IMG/VR virus record: IMGVR_UViG_3300001357_000001
Coordinates: 64,001-128,000 of that record
Reading direction: 5' to 3' (one strand)
Length of the DNA stretch: 64,000 nucleotides
Origin: a virus
Lineage: Duplodnaviria; Heunggongvirae; Uroviricota; Caudoviricetes
This document shows positions 11,801 through 23,656 of the stretch, piece after piece; position 1 is the stretch's first letter; every line of letters begins with the position of its first letter. The notes below the pieces were generated by a model that saw only the letters and a program-made list of their open reading frames with translations, did not search any database and was not told the DNA's origin. Made by a program: the position numbers and the translations under genes.

Positions 11801-12725
11801 TTGTTCCATTGGTTTGTGTTTTGGTTTAATTATTATACGAAAAAACCCCGTAAAGGTTACAGGGTTTTTAATTAAAAACTATTTTATTTTATTCATCTTT
11901 AGGTGTTAATATTCTTAAAATCTCATTGGTGATTTTAGGTATCATAACTTTATTAATTTCATCATACCAACCCTTTACATTATCATTATTATCAACTTCG
12001 TGTACAGTAGTACAATTGCAACCTACTACGGGTTTTTTGTGACAATATGCTGCCATATCTTTTAATAAATAAAACTGCTTAAATAGTTCAGATAATTTCC
12101 AACCTTCATTCTCTGTAAAAGTTGTTTTATCTAATAACGGAGCATCATAAATATTATGTATGTAATCAGCTTTAACAAAACAACCTTTTTTACTGTCGTA
12201 CTTTTCCATTTGTCCCATAAATGAACTATCAATATGTTGATGAGAACTTATATCTCTGGCAATATGAGGATTTTTATTATTTGTATAAGTTTCAACATAT
12301 CCAAAACCCCAATACCAGTCACAATCCCAAGTTGGTGACTCTAACCAATATTTAGTACCTTCTTTGTCTTCACCCAATAAATAAATATCTTTACGGAATG
12401 CGTGACTTTTTTCTTTGTTTAATACTGTTTTCATTACTTTGTTTGTTTTGGTTTACTTATTATACGATAAAAACCCTTAAAGGTTTCAAATCTCTAAGGG
12501 TTTTTAATTAAAAACTTAATACTTGTCAACGGACAATCCTTTACTGCACATTGATAAACTATAACCTTCTGCAACTAATTTATTAATTAAAGCTGCATTG
12601 CTTTCGTGAATAAGTATATCATGTACATTGCTATAATTATCTACCACAGGTACATTAAAACTTACTTTAGGACTGTTAGATTCACTAATAATTTCAATTG
12701 CTTTTGCTTTGTCTGCTGCATTCAT
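8874..12725 (-). CDS. Array of single-gene cassettes of hypothetical proteins (8874-9218, 9277-9594, 9651-10109, 10158-10577, 10558-10767, 10752-10934, ~11076-11204, 11453-11809, 11889-12434, 12516-12725)
   Basis: ATG ORFs, most preceded by a near-identical promoter plus AACCAAAACA leader. Confidence 0.7.
9222..10162. repeat. 51-bp direct repeat x3 (9222-9272, 9597-9647, 10112-10162) = promoter plus leader
   Basis: GTTTGTGTTTTGGTTTAGTTATTATACG(A/T)ACATTCTTATCTCGATGTTACA, one mismatch among copies. Confidence 0.9.
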
Positions 12726-12977
12726 TGCTTTGGTTGTTTTGGTTTGTGTACATTATATTATACGTTTTTAATTAAAAAAGGTTACAACTACTACAATAAA
12801 AAAGACCTCTGCACATATTTCAGAGCAGAGGCGAAAACTAATGTTTATTCTTACCAGTTTAAAATTTTCTATTATATCATATTTAATATTATTATTTTAC
12901 TTTAATTAGGGTGAGCCTCTTATCGGGTACGCTGTTATCATAATATAAAATTTAGTTACCAACAAGGCTAAGTTCCG

Positions 12978-13184
12978 TTAATTAAGATTAATCGGTTGCT
13001 TATCCTTTGTCCATTGTATTGGTTCACCTACCTTTTTGCTTCCTGAGTATTCTATTGGTTCGCTATCATCGTAGCAAACTATATCCCCATCTTCAATCCA
13101 TCCGTGGCAAAGTACGCTTGGGTCACGCATATCTAATATTTTTCCGCAACCTTCGCATTTCAATTGATGTTCTTTTGGTATCAT
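12978..13184 (-). CDS. Small CxxC protein next to an attC-like site
   Basis: CEGC motif; lies immediately beside 13214-13308. Confidence 0.55.
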   Translation of the reverse strand: MIPKEHQLKCEGCGKILDMRDPSVLCHGWIEDGDIVCYDDSEPIEYSGSKKVGEPIQWTKDKQPINLN

Positions 13185-13213
13185 AAAATTTTTAGTTTTT
13201 AAAACCGCCCAGT

Positions 13214-13308
13214 TGCTAACAATATGTATAGCAAATAAGCCAGTTAAGTTAGTATTTCATTTCAAAATTTATAGTGTGGCTTACTTGCCATACACTCGTC
13301 CGTTAAAC
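13214..13308 (+). mobile_element. attC-like integron cassette recombination site
   Basis: TGCTAAC ... ATGTATAGCAAATAAGCC / GGCTTACTTGCCATACAC imperfect inverted arms ... GTTAAAC (GTTRRRY). Confidence 0.65.
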
Positions 13309-13491
13309 CTAAATGTACATTATTATACGAATATAATAAAAAAATGTTACATCTGTACATTAAAAAATCCCTGCGAACTACCACAGGGACTTAAACACTA
13401 AAAACTAAATTTGTTATTTTCATTACACATAATATTATACGAAAAAACCCCGTAAATGTTACAGGGTTCAATTCTTTTTGTACATTATATC

Positions 13492-13827
13492 TTATACATG
13501 ACCACCAGATTTAACGGTATTAATAACATCCTCTAATGTTCTGGACAATGGTTCAAAATGCATATCTCTTTCAATTGGTAAACCAAAAGGAGGAAATTTA
13601 ATGGACATTAGTTCAGACATTGATACATAACCACATTCAGCCATCTCAGGGTCACCGAGGTTAACAAATACCATATAAGTATCATCATCTAACTTTTCGT
13701 AGATGTACCAAGTGCAAGCACCACCACCAAATAATTTCATTACTATCTTAATCTCGGACATTGATTTTTGGCTTGTGTCGCCTTGCTTTTCAAATGCTTT
13801 CTCGATTGCTTTTGTTATAATTTTCAT
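13492..13827 (-). CDS. DUF2958-family protein
   Basis: KLF..GACTWYIYE...ECGYVSMSEL...PIERDMHF. Confidence 0.75.
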   Translation of the reverse strand: MKIITKAIEKAFEKQGDTSQKSMSEIKIVMKLFGGGACTWYIYEKLDDDTYMVFVNLGDPEMAECGYVSMSELMSIKFPPFGLPIERDMHFEPLSRTLEDVINTVKSGGHV

Positions 13828-13895
13828 TACTTTATGTTTTGGTTTAGTTATTATACGTTTCTTAATTAAAAAGGTTTCATGAACATTGTATTTTT

Positions 13896-14237
13896 TTATA
13901 TTTGTGGTGTTATTGTATCAATAAATGTTAACATTGTTTTTATCTTAATGCTATTAATTTCTTTTTTTACCTCTGCAATTCTTTTAAAAAACTCTGCTTT
14001 ATGTTTTGTTTCTAATTTAATAATTAACTTATCATTTATATTGCTAAGTACCTTAGATTGAATTGAAGTGCTAAGAGTATATTTAACATGACAAATGCCT
14101 AAAATATTATGATTCTTTTTACCATAATTAATATCTAATTTTTCAAATAATCCACCTTCAAAAGTATCTGAAATAACATTTATAAATTCTCTTTTAATTG
14201 AAAATGAAAATTCTGTTTTTGTTGATAATGGTTTCAT
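13896..14237 (-). CDS. Hypothetical protein
   Basis: 113-aa ATG ORF with A-rich leader. Confidence 0.55.
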   Translation of the reverse strand: MKPLSTKTEFSFSIKREFINVISDTFEGGLFEKLDINYGKKNHNILGICHVKYTLSTSIQSKVLSNINDKLIIKLETKHKAEFFKRIAEVKKEINSIKIKTMLTFIDTITPQI

Positions 14238-14290
14238 TGCTTTGTTTATTTTGGTTTATATGAACATTGTATATTGAACATTGAACAATA

Positions 14291-15004
14291 CTAAATATTA
14301 GCATTGTTCAATGTTCTTACATCTTTTAATTCTTCTTGTAATTTTGCTCTACATCTGTTTATCATTCCTTTAACCGTTCCCATCTTTAAGTTAAGCATTG
14401 TACTTATTTCCTTATAAGTCATCTCTTTAACAAAAAATAGTTCTGCTATCTGCTTATATTTAGGTTTTAAATTACTTAAAGCCGTATTAATACTATTACT
14501 TAATTCATCATTTTCAATACCGTCATTAGTACTATCATCAACAAATTGGAATATTTCTTTACCATCATCATCAACAAAACTATTTACATTCACGTACTTA
14601 TCGCTGTGATTAGTTCTATAATGGTCAGTTATCATAGATTTGGCAATAACGTGTAAATAAGTACTTATTTTAGCTTGATATACATCGTATTTTTCAAAGT
14701 TCTTATGTAGCTTAATAAATACCTTTGCCGTTATATCCTCGGCTTCAGTCATATTTTTTACCCAACCGTTAACATAATATAATATTTGCTTGTAATTCTT
14801 ATTATATACTTGTTCAAAAGTCTGGTTATCTTTGCCGTTTTTGGCTATACTCCAAGACTTTCTTAAACAATTACTAAAACTTTCATCAACTCTTTCATTC
14901 ACAGGTATTTGATAGAATAATTTCCATGCTCTGCTCATAATTAAAGACATCATTTTCCTATCAAATTTCTTTACTAAATTGTTCTTTTTTGTGGTGCGTT
15001 TCAT
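14291..15004 (-). CDS. ECF-type (sigma70 group 4) RNA polymerase sigma factor
   Basis: Region 2 (AEDITAKVFIKL...ISTYLHVIAKSMITDHYR) and region 4 HTH (LKPKYKQIAELFFVKEMTYKEISTMLNLKMGTVKGMINRCR); start taken at ATG 15004. Confidence 0.9.
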   Translation of the reverse strand: MKRTTKKNNLVKKFDRKMMSLIMSRAWKLFYQIPVNERVDESFSNCLRKSWSIAKNGKDNQTFEQVYNKNYKQILYYVNGWVKNMTEAEDITAKVFIKLHKNFEKYDVYQAKISTYLHVIAKSMITDHYRTNHSDKYVNVNSFVDDDGKEIFQFVDDSTNDGIENDELSNSINTALSNLKPKYKQIAELFFVKEMTYKEISTMLNLKMGTVKGMINRCRAKLQEELKDVRTLNNANI

Positions 15005-15269
15005 AATAATATAATTTAGTATTAAACAATAATTTTGTGTGTGTCGTTTCCTGAGTTTACGCAAGAGTTACAAAAAAGTTTCATTGTGTTACAATTATTT
15101 TTAATTTTTTTTGCATTTTCTTCTGTATTGTACTAATATCAACACATTTAAAAATAAAATAATTTTTTTTTTACTTTTTTAATTAAAAAACGAAACCTTT
15201 TGAAACCCTTTACGTATAATCAGATAAACACGCACGCAAAACATTATTAATAACCAAAACAATAAAACA

Positions 15270-15936
15270 ATGAAAAATTTAATCGAAAACTTAATCGAAA
15301 ACTTAATCGAAAAAATGACCGTTGCATTCTCTATTCTTTTTAGTGAAAAGGTAGTAAGAGAAATTATCAAAAATTTTAGCGAAATAAACGGTACTTTGTT
15401 TGTTGGTATTCGTGAATATCAAGCCAGTACAAGTGGAGAAATTGCCAACCACGTTGTAAACGTTGGTTTTAACTATGCAAATGCAGTTAAAAAAGATATT
15501 GAAAAATTACAATCTGTTACGCAAAAAGATATTATTAATATCTGTACTGATTTTAATCTTGAAAAGGATTTAGTTAATAAAGCAATTGATAAATTATTAA
15601 CTTCTTTTATTAATAACCAAAACAAAGAAACGCAAAGCACAACAAGACGCTTATATTCACGTTGCTAATGGAATTAAACTAAACAAAGAAACTAGAAATT
15701 TCCATATATACGCAATGACTATAAATAAAAGCATACTTGTTAAAGGCGAATATAAGCAAGTAAATAGCAGACCATTGACAATTGCACAGAACGCAGTTAA
15801 AAAATATTTTGATTTTAGCACTGCAAAATATAGAAATTATATAATTGAGCCTAATATGTTGGCAGGTGTTGCCCTTAATGGTGGTATAATAGAACTGAAC
15901 TATTATAAATCAATTCTAAGCATTAAAACGGGCTAA
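15270..15936 (+). CDS. Single hypothetical gene split by a frameshift near 15635
   Basis: Frame of 15715-15936 stays open upstream as AQQDAYIHVANGIKLNK, overlapping the end of 15270-15668; own promoter 15191-15220. Confidence 0.6.
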
Positions 15937-15953
15937 ATTAGCCCGTTTTTTTT
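15925..15953. terminator. Bidirectional intrinsic terminator
   Basis: AAAACGGGCTA-AAT-TAGCCCGTTTT plus T-run. Confidence 0.8.
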
Positions 15954-16052
15954 ATTTTATACCTTACCACATCAAAAATACTAATCGTTTAAATATACAA
16001 GCTTAAATTAAATATTATAACATATACCATATCCATATACCCACCACCGTAT

Positions 16053-16100
16053 CCCCTCCCCATAAGTCCCTAGGGGAGAGGGGGTTATATGGGCTGGGGG
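16053..16100 (+). other. C-tract/G-tract island (hairpin or G-quadruplex)
   Basis: CCCCTCCCC...GGGG-AGA-GGGGG-TTATAT-GGG-CT-GGGGG in very AT-rich DNA between convergent genes. Confidence 0.6.
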
Positions 16101-16238
16101 TGCTACATGAGCAACACCGACAAGTAAAAAAAATTATGAAAAAAAAATCTGGGTATATATAAAAAGGTTTGATTATCAGAAAATCAAAAAATTTCTGGAA
16201 AAAAAATTTTAGAACAGCAAAACAACTTTTATAAAAAT

Positions 16239-19200
16239 TTATAATTGTTGTAATTCAGTAATAATAGCATCGAGGTTTTCACCAAGACTTTCTCTTGCGT
16301 ATTTTTTAGGAGCGACACCGTATTGTGCATCACTTGCATAGTATTTAGCATCTTGTCTTGCTTGAGCTTGTTTATCGGGATTAACTAGTCTACCGAACAT
16401 ATATCTGCCTTTGCTGATGTGTTCGATATCCGTACCAGTATAGTGTTTATATACTTCTTCAACTTTTTCATCACCGCCTTCCTGAAATGCTTTAAATAGT
16501 AGTTTTTCAAAAATAGCTAGTTCTTCGTCACCAAGTACTGAATATACTTTTAATTTTTGTATTAATTCTGGTATAGTATAAATGCCTTGTTGTGTTTCAC
16601 AAAGACCTTGTATTTCTTCTACAATAATATTGTTTATGTTCATAATAATAAATACAATATTAATTAAAAATATCATTATTACTAATAAAAAAAAGTAATA
16701 CTTTAATACTCAACTATTCACCAATATAATGAGTTTCGAAGTCCTGTCCATCATCAACACTTTTTAACTTAGATAGGTCTAAATTCACAATATCTTTGAT
16801 GTTCTTAAGGTCTTCGTGCTGTACGAAGTCTTTATGTACTTCAACGCTTATTTGTCCACTACCGTCTCCATCTACGACAACGGGTATGGTTCTATTACCA
16901 CCTATTTCGCCACAATACACTATTTTTCTAAGCAGTATTAATACGTCATTTAGGTCTTCATCGCTAAGTGCTGTTATTCTCAAATCAACAAATTTTTTTT
17001 CAATCATAATTTCAAGTATTTTAGTATTTATAAAATATGGATAAAATAATTATTTACAACGGCAAAATATATTATGGTGTTGTACTACCAGAAGAATATG
17101 AACAACAGCTTTAAATCATATATTACATTTATGACGGTCATTACTAGTCATTCGTTCGATTCCTTCTTTAAGTGCTTGTTTATCACCACTATCATCTATT
17201 GGCGAATATAATTTATTAATTACGTCCAATATATTATTTTTTATAGTATCGCAAACAATTAATAAAATTTCTCCATCTTCATCATAAAATATAACATAAT
17301 CACTATTATTATTATGGTGACAATAAATAACTTTTTCTTCAGTACTGCCATAACTGCCTTCAGTACTATATTTTGATTTCAGATATAAATGACTCATATT
17401 CTAAAACCCCTACTTATTTTTTTAAACATTTCCTTACAAGATTCACAATATTTATTATTTACTAATGTAAATTCTTCTTCACAATAAGAACAAATACCAC
17501 CAGTATTACTAATTTTCTTCTTATCTTTTTTCTTTACTTTAATACCCATCTTAATTTTTTTATTTCTGTAGTATGCTTAGAACAACCGATAACAGCAATA
17601 CGTGGATTTACATCATAAACATTTACATATTCAATAAACAATTTTTTACGTTCGGTTTTAAGTCTACGTATTTCATCTAATATTTGTTTTTCATCTTTCA
17701 TCTTTTATCCCTGTTCGTAAATACAATTAATAAAAGTATTGGTATTGTTATTAAATATTATTGTATAGTCAGCAGTACTGTTTTGCATACAGCTTTCATT
17801 AGCATCATCAAAATCATAGGCAAAGACAAATACTATTTCCTCATCATTTATTTGACATTCATCACTTAGTATTTCGAAATCCTTACTATGTTTTTCATAG
17901 AAGTTAATGATATTCATATATACTTCATTAACTGCTCTGTACTGCATTAATTCGGTTTCATGAAGTACGTATAAATCCACAAACAATCTAGTAAAGTCTA
18001 CGTAGTATTTAATATCTAGTTCCATAATAATATAAAAAGTATAAATTCTGCAATAAGATATAATATAATAAATATTATTGCAAATATCAATAGAAAATAC
18101 AAAATAAGTCCGACCATATTTGCTATGGTTTTAATCATCAGCACTTACAACATTTTCTTTCTTTACATACAATTTATCATCAATTTGTTTTAGTTCGTCA
18201 TCAAAGACTATTTTTACTGATTTAATAACTAGTCTTAGATTTTCCAATGCCTGTTGTTCGGTACTGCCATGAGCAACGAGGTTATTTGTATAAGCACCGA
18301 ATTCATTAGCACTCATTAACTTGTATTCGGCAACGTATCTAAATCTACTCTGACTATCAACACCTTTATTTTTTTCAACAATTGTTTTCATAATTATGGA
18401 TTTTGAATATTTTTAGGAATTTCCACCAATGGTTTTTCACCATTTCTTTTTTTAAGTTCTCTTATTGGTTTACAGATTTCACATTCTATATTTGGCATTT
18501 GATGCACACAGATTATTTCGTGAAAATTACTGTCATAGGTTATATATATTTTCATAATCTCATAAAATTTTTTATTTCATCTAATTTCATATCTGAGGGG
18601 AAACTACAATATTTAGTAGCTTCTGGTAACATATTAGAAATATTTTCTTTATCTTTATCATCTAAGACAACCATAATTGGTTGTTCTTCTGAATCAAAGA
18701 CCTTATCATCTATTTTAACTTTCATCTTTTATTTTTTTTGTTCAGTAATAAATTCATATATTTTTTTACTACAAGTACTACATATATGTTCTAAAATTAA
18801 TTCAGCACCACCGAACTTATAAATTAAACTATCAGGTGATATATTATAATAAGTGGGTTTTGCTATAGAATCAGGCGATATTTCCTTTTTTAAATTACCA
18901 TCTATCTCTTCCTTACATACATCGCAAATATATTTTTCACTAACTATTTTCATCTTTCAATTAGGTTTAGTTTATCATAAGTTATTTGTAATTGTTCCTT
19001 ACTGCCAAAGATAAGGTCAACATAACTATAATTCATTGCTTTATTAATCCAACTAACTCTAGCAATACAAACACATGCATCGATTATATCTGGTGTATTA
19101 TTGGTTTCATCACAGGTTATATTACAATTCTGTAATTCGGTTTCCAGATGTACGGCAATACGTTCTCTTGTGCTGCTGTTATTAACTGGCATTTCATTAA

Positions 19201-20465
19201 TAATGTCTTTATTTAATTCATTATATACTTTTAATATTTTCTTAATCATAACTTATCTTTTAATATATGGTAGATATATTCTTGCACAACAAATATTCCA
19301 TTAGGATAACTAACCATGTCTTCGGCATCAGTATATCGTAAAAATGTTTTTTACCCTCTACGGTTATAGTCACACCCAGACAACCCAGAGGACATTCTTT
19401 ATTTGGGGTACTTCGAAACATTTTATCACTAATTAATTGCACTTCAGTACCGCCAAAAGTTTCTCGCATTAAATTAATGGCTTGATGAATTACAATATCT
19501 ATTTCTTTGTTTTCCATTATTTTTTTAATTTATCGATTTGTTTAAGAAGTCTATCACCGATTAGATTTAATTTTTTTATTGCGTCTTGGATTTCAGGACT
19601 AAAATTTTGTCCATAAGGTCTACCAATGTATTTATTATCAGTACCATTTTTTATTTCAACATTATCATTTAAAGATATTTCTTCACTAATATTTTCTCCT
19701 ATTTCATGACCAATAAAGATATTTTTTTGACCTTCTTTATCTTCGTTATTCTGACCGATTAACTCATTATCAAATTCAAATGGTATTTTATAATTAAGGT
19801 CATTTGGTTCGATATAGTTGATATCACTTAATTTTTTACCTCTACCATACCATAGTTCTCTTTCCTGTACTACTGCATTAAAATTTTTAAGGCAATTATT
19901 AAGATATCTTGCTAGGATAAAGTCTGGAGTATCGCTATCGTTTTCTTTACTATATTTATTAATAAGGTTTTCCAGTTCTTTTTCGAATTTTGTTTTCATA
20001 CTATAAGTTTTAATATAAATATTCATCAAATAAATCTTGCAGACCATCTTTAAGTTCTGCTTTAGTTGGGTTGAGTTCAACTATTGATTTTAAGACACTT
20101 GGCAGTTTATATTCTGCATAATCAATTTCTTCTTTAAGAAGATTTGCTTGTTCAATCAACTGCCGTCTTTTTTGTTTAGTACTTATTTTAAGTGTCATAA
20201 TTTAGTCCTGTATTATAAAATCGATATTTTTTGTCTTAATGGGGTTTTCTTTTTTATATTTCCTAATGTACTTGCTGCAATTATCTAGGCAGTCATCGAG
20301 ACTTGTAAATCCTTTTGTTTTGCAGGATTTGATAATTTTTCTATCGGCATCGAGGTGTTCCCAGAACATTTTAACATCGAATCTATGGTCAGTTATTATT
20401 GTTTTATTATATATTCTGATATTTAATCCGCTTTGAAATACTTGAAATGCTTTTGATTCTTCCAT
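16239..20465 (-). CDS. Run of small hypothetical genes (16239-16643, 16714-17007, 17116-17397, 17705-18025, 18131-18391, 18729-18953, 18950-19249, 19260-19517, 19517-~20000, 20010-20198, 20202-20465)
   Basis: Co-oriented, abutting ATG ORFs; no family recognised. Confidence 0.6.
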
Positions 20466-20884
20466 TTAATAAATTTTTATAATTTTTTATAATCTTTAGG
20501 TATCCGGAGAGGCTTTCGCCTTATTAGTTCTTCCTTCATTAATTATTTTCATAATATAAATTTTTTGGTAAAGATGTGTTGTCGTTATTTATTGACATCG
20601 CTTCATTAAATAATAAACCCAGATTAGTTCCTAATCTTTTGTCATTGTCTTTCAATTGTTATTGTATATTGACAACCAGTATTCATTTGACCATCAAAAT
20701 AGTCTTCGGCTTGAATTATGTTATCGCATACTGTTTCACTGATGTACTTATACATCATCATGCCTTTCATATATTCGACTTCATATAATTTATATTTGTT
20801 CTTCATCTCGTAAAGATATATATTCTCTTTTTAAATTCCAATAAAAACAAAAAAAAAAGTGAATACGTTAATATTCACTTTTTT

Positions 20885-21784
20885 TTATAAATCCTTACTC
20901 AGTATTTTTGCTGCATCATTTAGTTTTCGCACGACACTATTTTCATATAGTTTTTCAACAACACTATTACCATGCATTTCTTCAATAATACTAAATCCAT
21001 ACATTTCCATTACTTTCGATTCTTCATCCATAAAAGCAATTCTTGAATCATCGAACATTTTTTCAACAACAGTCCAATTCCATAATTCTTGAATACTACT
21101 ATGACCATGCATTTCTTTAACAACAGACATGTGTTTAAGTCTATCGGCTTTTGCGTCTTCATGCATTTCAAAAATTTCTGCATCGCCTTTAAGTATTTTT
21201 ATTTTAGAATGGTCATACATTTTTCCAACAACTGCTCTACCGTGCATTTTTATTATTAATGAATAATCTTTCATTGAATTTACTTTAGCAAAACCATTCA
21301 TTTTAAATATTTTACTACCATCACGCATTTCATCAATAACAGCATCATCGGTCATGATATTAACAAAAGATGCTTTTTTCAACATATTTATTTTTGATTC
21401 ATCATACATAGCAAAAATAATACTGTGTTTGGCTTCGTCAACAACAGCATTCTTACTAAGTATTGCTCCTTGATGAAGTAATAATTTTTTTCTACCTCTG
21501 ACAATCATTGATTTGATAATTTTTCTCAAATCAACAATAACTTGTTTTTGTAAGTCATCATCAAACCATTCGGGAAAATACATCCCAGAATTAATTAAAA
21601 TATAATTATTGACATCATCAAGCCTAGTATTATCTTTTGGTTTAAAAACTGCCTTTAAATAATTATTTTCAGCTATTTCTTCAATACTAAAATATTTTTG
21701 TAATAGGTCTTGGTGTGATGTTGCAAATATATCATGAATGATTTTTCCATCATTTTTTATAATAACTAAATAAAAATTTTCCAT
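20885..21784 (-). CDS. Hypothetical protein with ~11-aa tandem repeats (beta-solenoid-like)
   Basis: Repeats like KMYDHSKIKIL / EMHGHSSIQEL / KMFDDSRIAFM. Confidence 0.7.
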   Translation of the reverse strand: MENFYLVIIKNDGKIIHDIFATSHQDLLQKYFSIEEIAENNYLKAVFKPKDNTRLDDVNNYILINSGMYFPEWFDDDLQKQVIVDLRKIIKSMIVRGRKKLLLHQGAILSKNAVVDEAKHSIIFAMYDESKINMLKKASFVNIMTDDAVIDEMRDGSKIFKMNGFAKVNSMKDYSLIIKMHGRAVVGKMYDHSKIKILKGDAEIFEMHEDAKADRLKHMSVVKEMHGHSSIQELWNWTVVEKMFDDSRIAFMDEESKVMEMYGFSIIEEMHGNSVVEKLYENSVVRKLNDAAKILSKDL

Positions 21785-21878
21785 ATTAAATCTTTAATAT
21801 AAATACAATTAAAATCTACATAATCTCTTGTTTTTATTATAAATTAACATTAATTTTATACTTTAAAACAATTTAAAT

Positions 21879-22244
21879 ATGACCAATTATGATGAACAAT
21901 TTAATAAAATATCAACAATTGAATTTGCAATTAAAAATAATATCGGAACTAAAGAAGAGATTAATTTATACCAACAACTATATCTTGCATTAGAATTAAT
22001 TAATGATGATTTTAAAATTATTTATTCAGAAATAAATGATGGTATCCATTTTGGAATTATTACAGATTCTCATGGTTTACCTGAATCAGTTGGGTTATTA
22101 TTTTTTAATGTTGATTTGAAATTTAATATTAGAATTAAAGAAGCTAATGTAATTGATGATTCTCAATATCTTACCTCTGAATTTGGATGTAAAATATCTA
22201 ATTTAGTTGAAGAAAGATATTTTTTAATTAAAATCAGTAGTTAA
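21879..22244 (+). CDS. Hypothetical protein
   Basis: 121-aa ATG ORF. Confidence 0.55.
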   Translation: MTNYDEQFNKISTIEFAIKNNIGTKEEINLYQQLYLALELINDDFKIIYSEINDGIHFGIITDSHGLPESVGLLFFNVDLKFNIRIKEANVIDDSQYLTSEFGCKISNLVEERYFLIKISS

Positions 22245-22290
22245 AATTGTAACAAAAATATTTTATTATCGTATAATCAATAAAAAAATT

Positions 22291-22716
22291 ATGCCTAATG
22301 GAAAAACGCATGATAGAATAACATTCATTATTACACCGATAATCGCAGTAATGTCATATTATTTTACAACAGATATTAAAAGCACTATTATTTTAATATC
22401 TACCTATTTTTTCGCATCATTAATGTTTAATGGTGATTTAGATACTAACAGCAGACCTTATAATAGATGGTTTATTTTTAAAATGATTTGGATTCCATAT
22501 CAACTAATGTTTGAACACAGAAGTATTTTCAGTCATGGTTTAATTATTGGAACAGTTATTAGATTATTGTATTTATTAACGATACCAGTCATTATTTTTT
22601 ATATTAAAGGAAATCTTGAAGTAATAACATCTATTGACCTGAATATGATAATATTATTATTTATAGGTTTAGAAACTGGTTCAGCAATACATACTATATC
22701 AGATAAATTATTTTAA
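22291..22716 (+). CDS. DUF2227-like putative metal-binding membrane protein
   Basis: MPNGKTHD...GDLD..SRPYNRW...WIPY...HRSIFSHG. Confidence 0.75.
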   Translation: MPNGKTHDRITFIITPIIAVMSYYFTTDIKSTIILISTYFFASLMFNGDLDTNSRPYNRWFIFKMIWIPYQLMFEHRSIFSHGLIIGTVIRLLYLLTIPVIIFYIKGNLEVITSIDLNMIILLFIGLETGSAIHTISDKLF

Positions 22717-22719
22717 ATT

Positions 22720-23333
22720 ATGAAAAATCCATATAAGAATAAAAAATATAATGAAAATACATTAAAACATCGACAACAACCTAAATTTAATGTACCAGTT
22801 ATTGGTCATTTTGATAATGAAAGTATTAGATATAATTCAATAATAGAAGCGGAGGAATTAACTGGTATTAATTATCATAATATTTTCGATGCGTGTATAG
22901 GTAGAATTAGGAGAGCAGGAATGGCATATTGGGAATTTGAAAATGGAAGACATTGGATTAAATATCATGCCAAAAGAGTTAAAGGAAGAAGAGCACTTAG
23001 AAAAGTAGGGTTTAATGGATAAAAATTTAAATCAATATGAAATTATTTATTTTTGGAAAAGAAATTAGTTCAGAACATGAAGTAGAATTAATTGTTGGTG
23101 ACGACCTTGGTTTAGATATTACAATTAAGTACAAGGATGATGTGTTTGATGGTATTGAAGACACCAAACATAATTGTACAGAATTTCATCACTTATATAA
23201 TATCGGGGAAAAATATTCTAAATTATCATCAGCATTTGAATCCGATATTCACAGTACTGGTAGTATTAGAGGAATTGATGATATTGAGTGGATTAAAGTT
23301 GAAAAAGCAATACTTTTACATAAAAAATATTAG
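22720..23333 (+). CDS. Two small genes: NUMOD1-like protein (22720-23022) and hypothetical (23037-23333)
   Basis: RYNSIIEAEELTGI..I..C.G.....G..W pattern in the first. Confidence 0.5.
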
Positions 23334-23336
23334 ACA

Positions 23337-23594
23337 ATGGAATGGATTGACATAAATAAACAGAAACCCGATTATGAAAAAGATGTAATTGTGTGTAGAC
23401 CTAATCAATATTCAGGTAAAAAAGACATATTAATTGGAAGATTATATCCTGCAAAACAAGAAGGAACTGAATATGGTCGTGGAAATGGAATGGGTTTATA
23501 TCAAAAAACATACTATGATTATTGGGCTTTACCTGCAATAGTATTATTTGATACAATTACTCATTGGATGCCATTACCAAAAGAACCAAAATAA
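23337..23594 (+). CDS. DUF551-family protein
   Basis: WIDINKQKP...ITHWMPLPKEP. Confidence 0.75.
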   Translation: MEWIDINKQKPDYEKDVIVCRPNQYSGKKDILIGRLYPAKQEGTEYGRGNGMGLYQKTYYDYWALPAIVLFDTITHWMPLPKEPK

Positions 23595-23656
23595 ATTTTG
23601 TTTTTTTGTAACATTTCAATTTTTTTTTCGTAATATTGTATAAGTTCTTTGAATAT

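Noticed and set aside
9222-13468. CRISPR array or integron array from repeated intergenic units
   Set aside because: Repeats are promoter/leader units separated by whole genes; no spacer periodicity, cas genes or integrase.
15276-15312. 12-bp tandem repeat (NLIE x3) at gene start
   Set aside because: Simple in-frame slippage duplication with no evident function.
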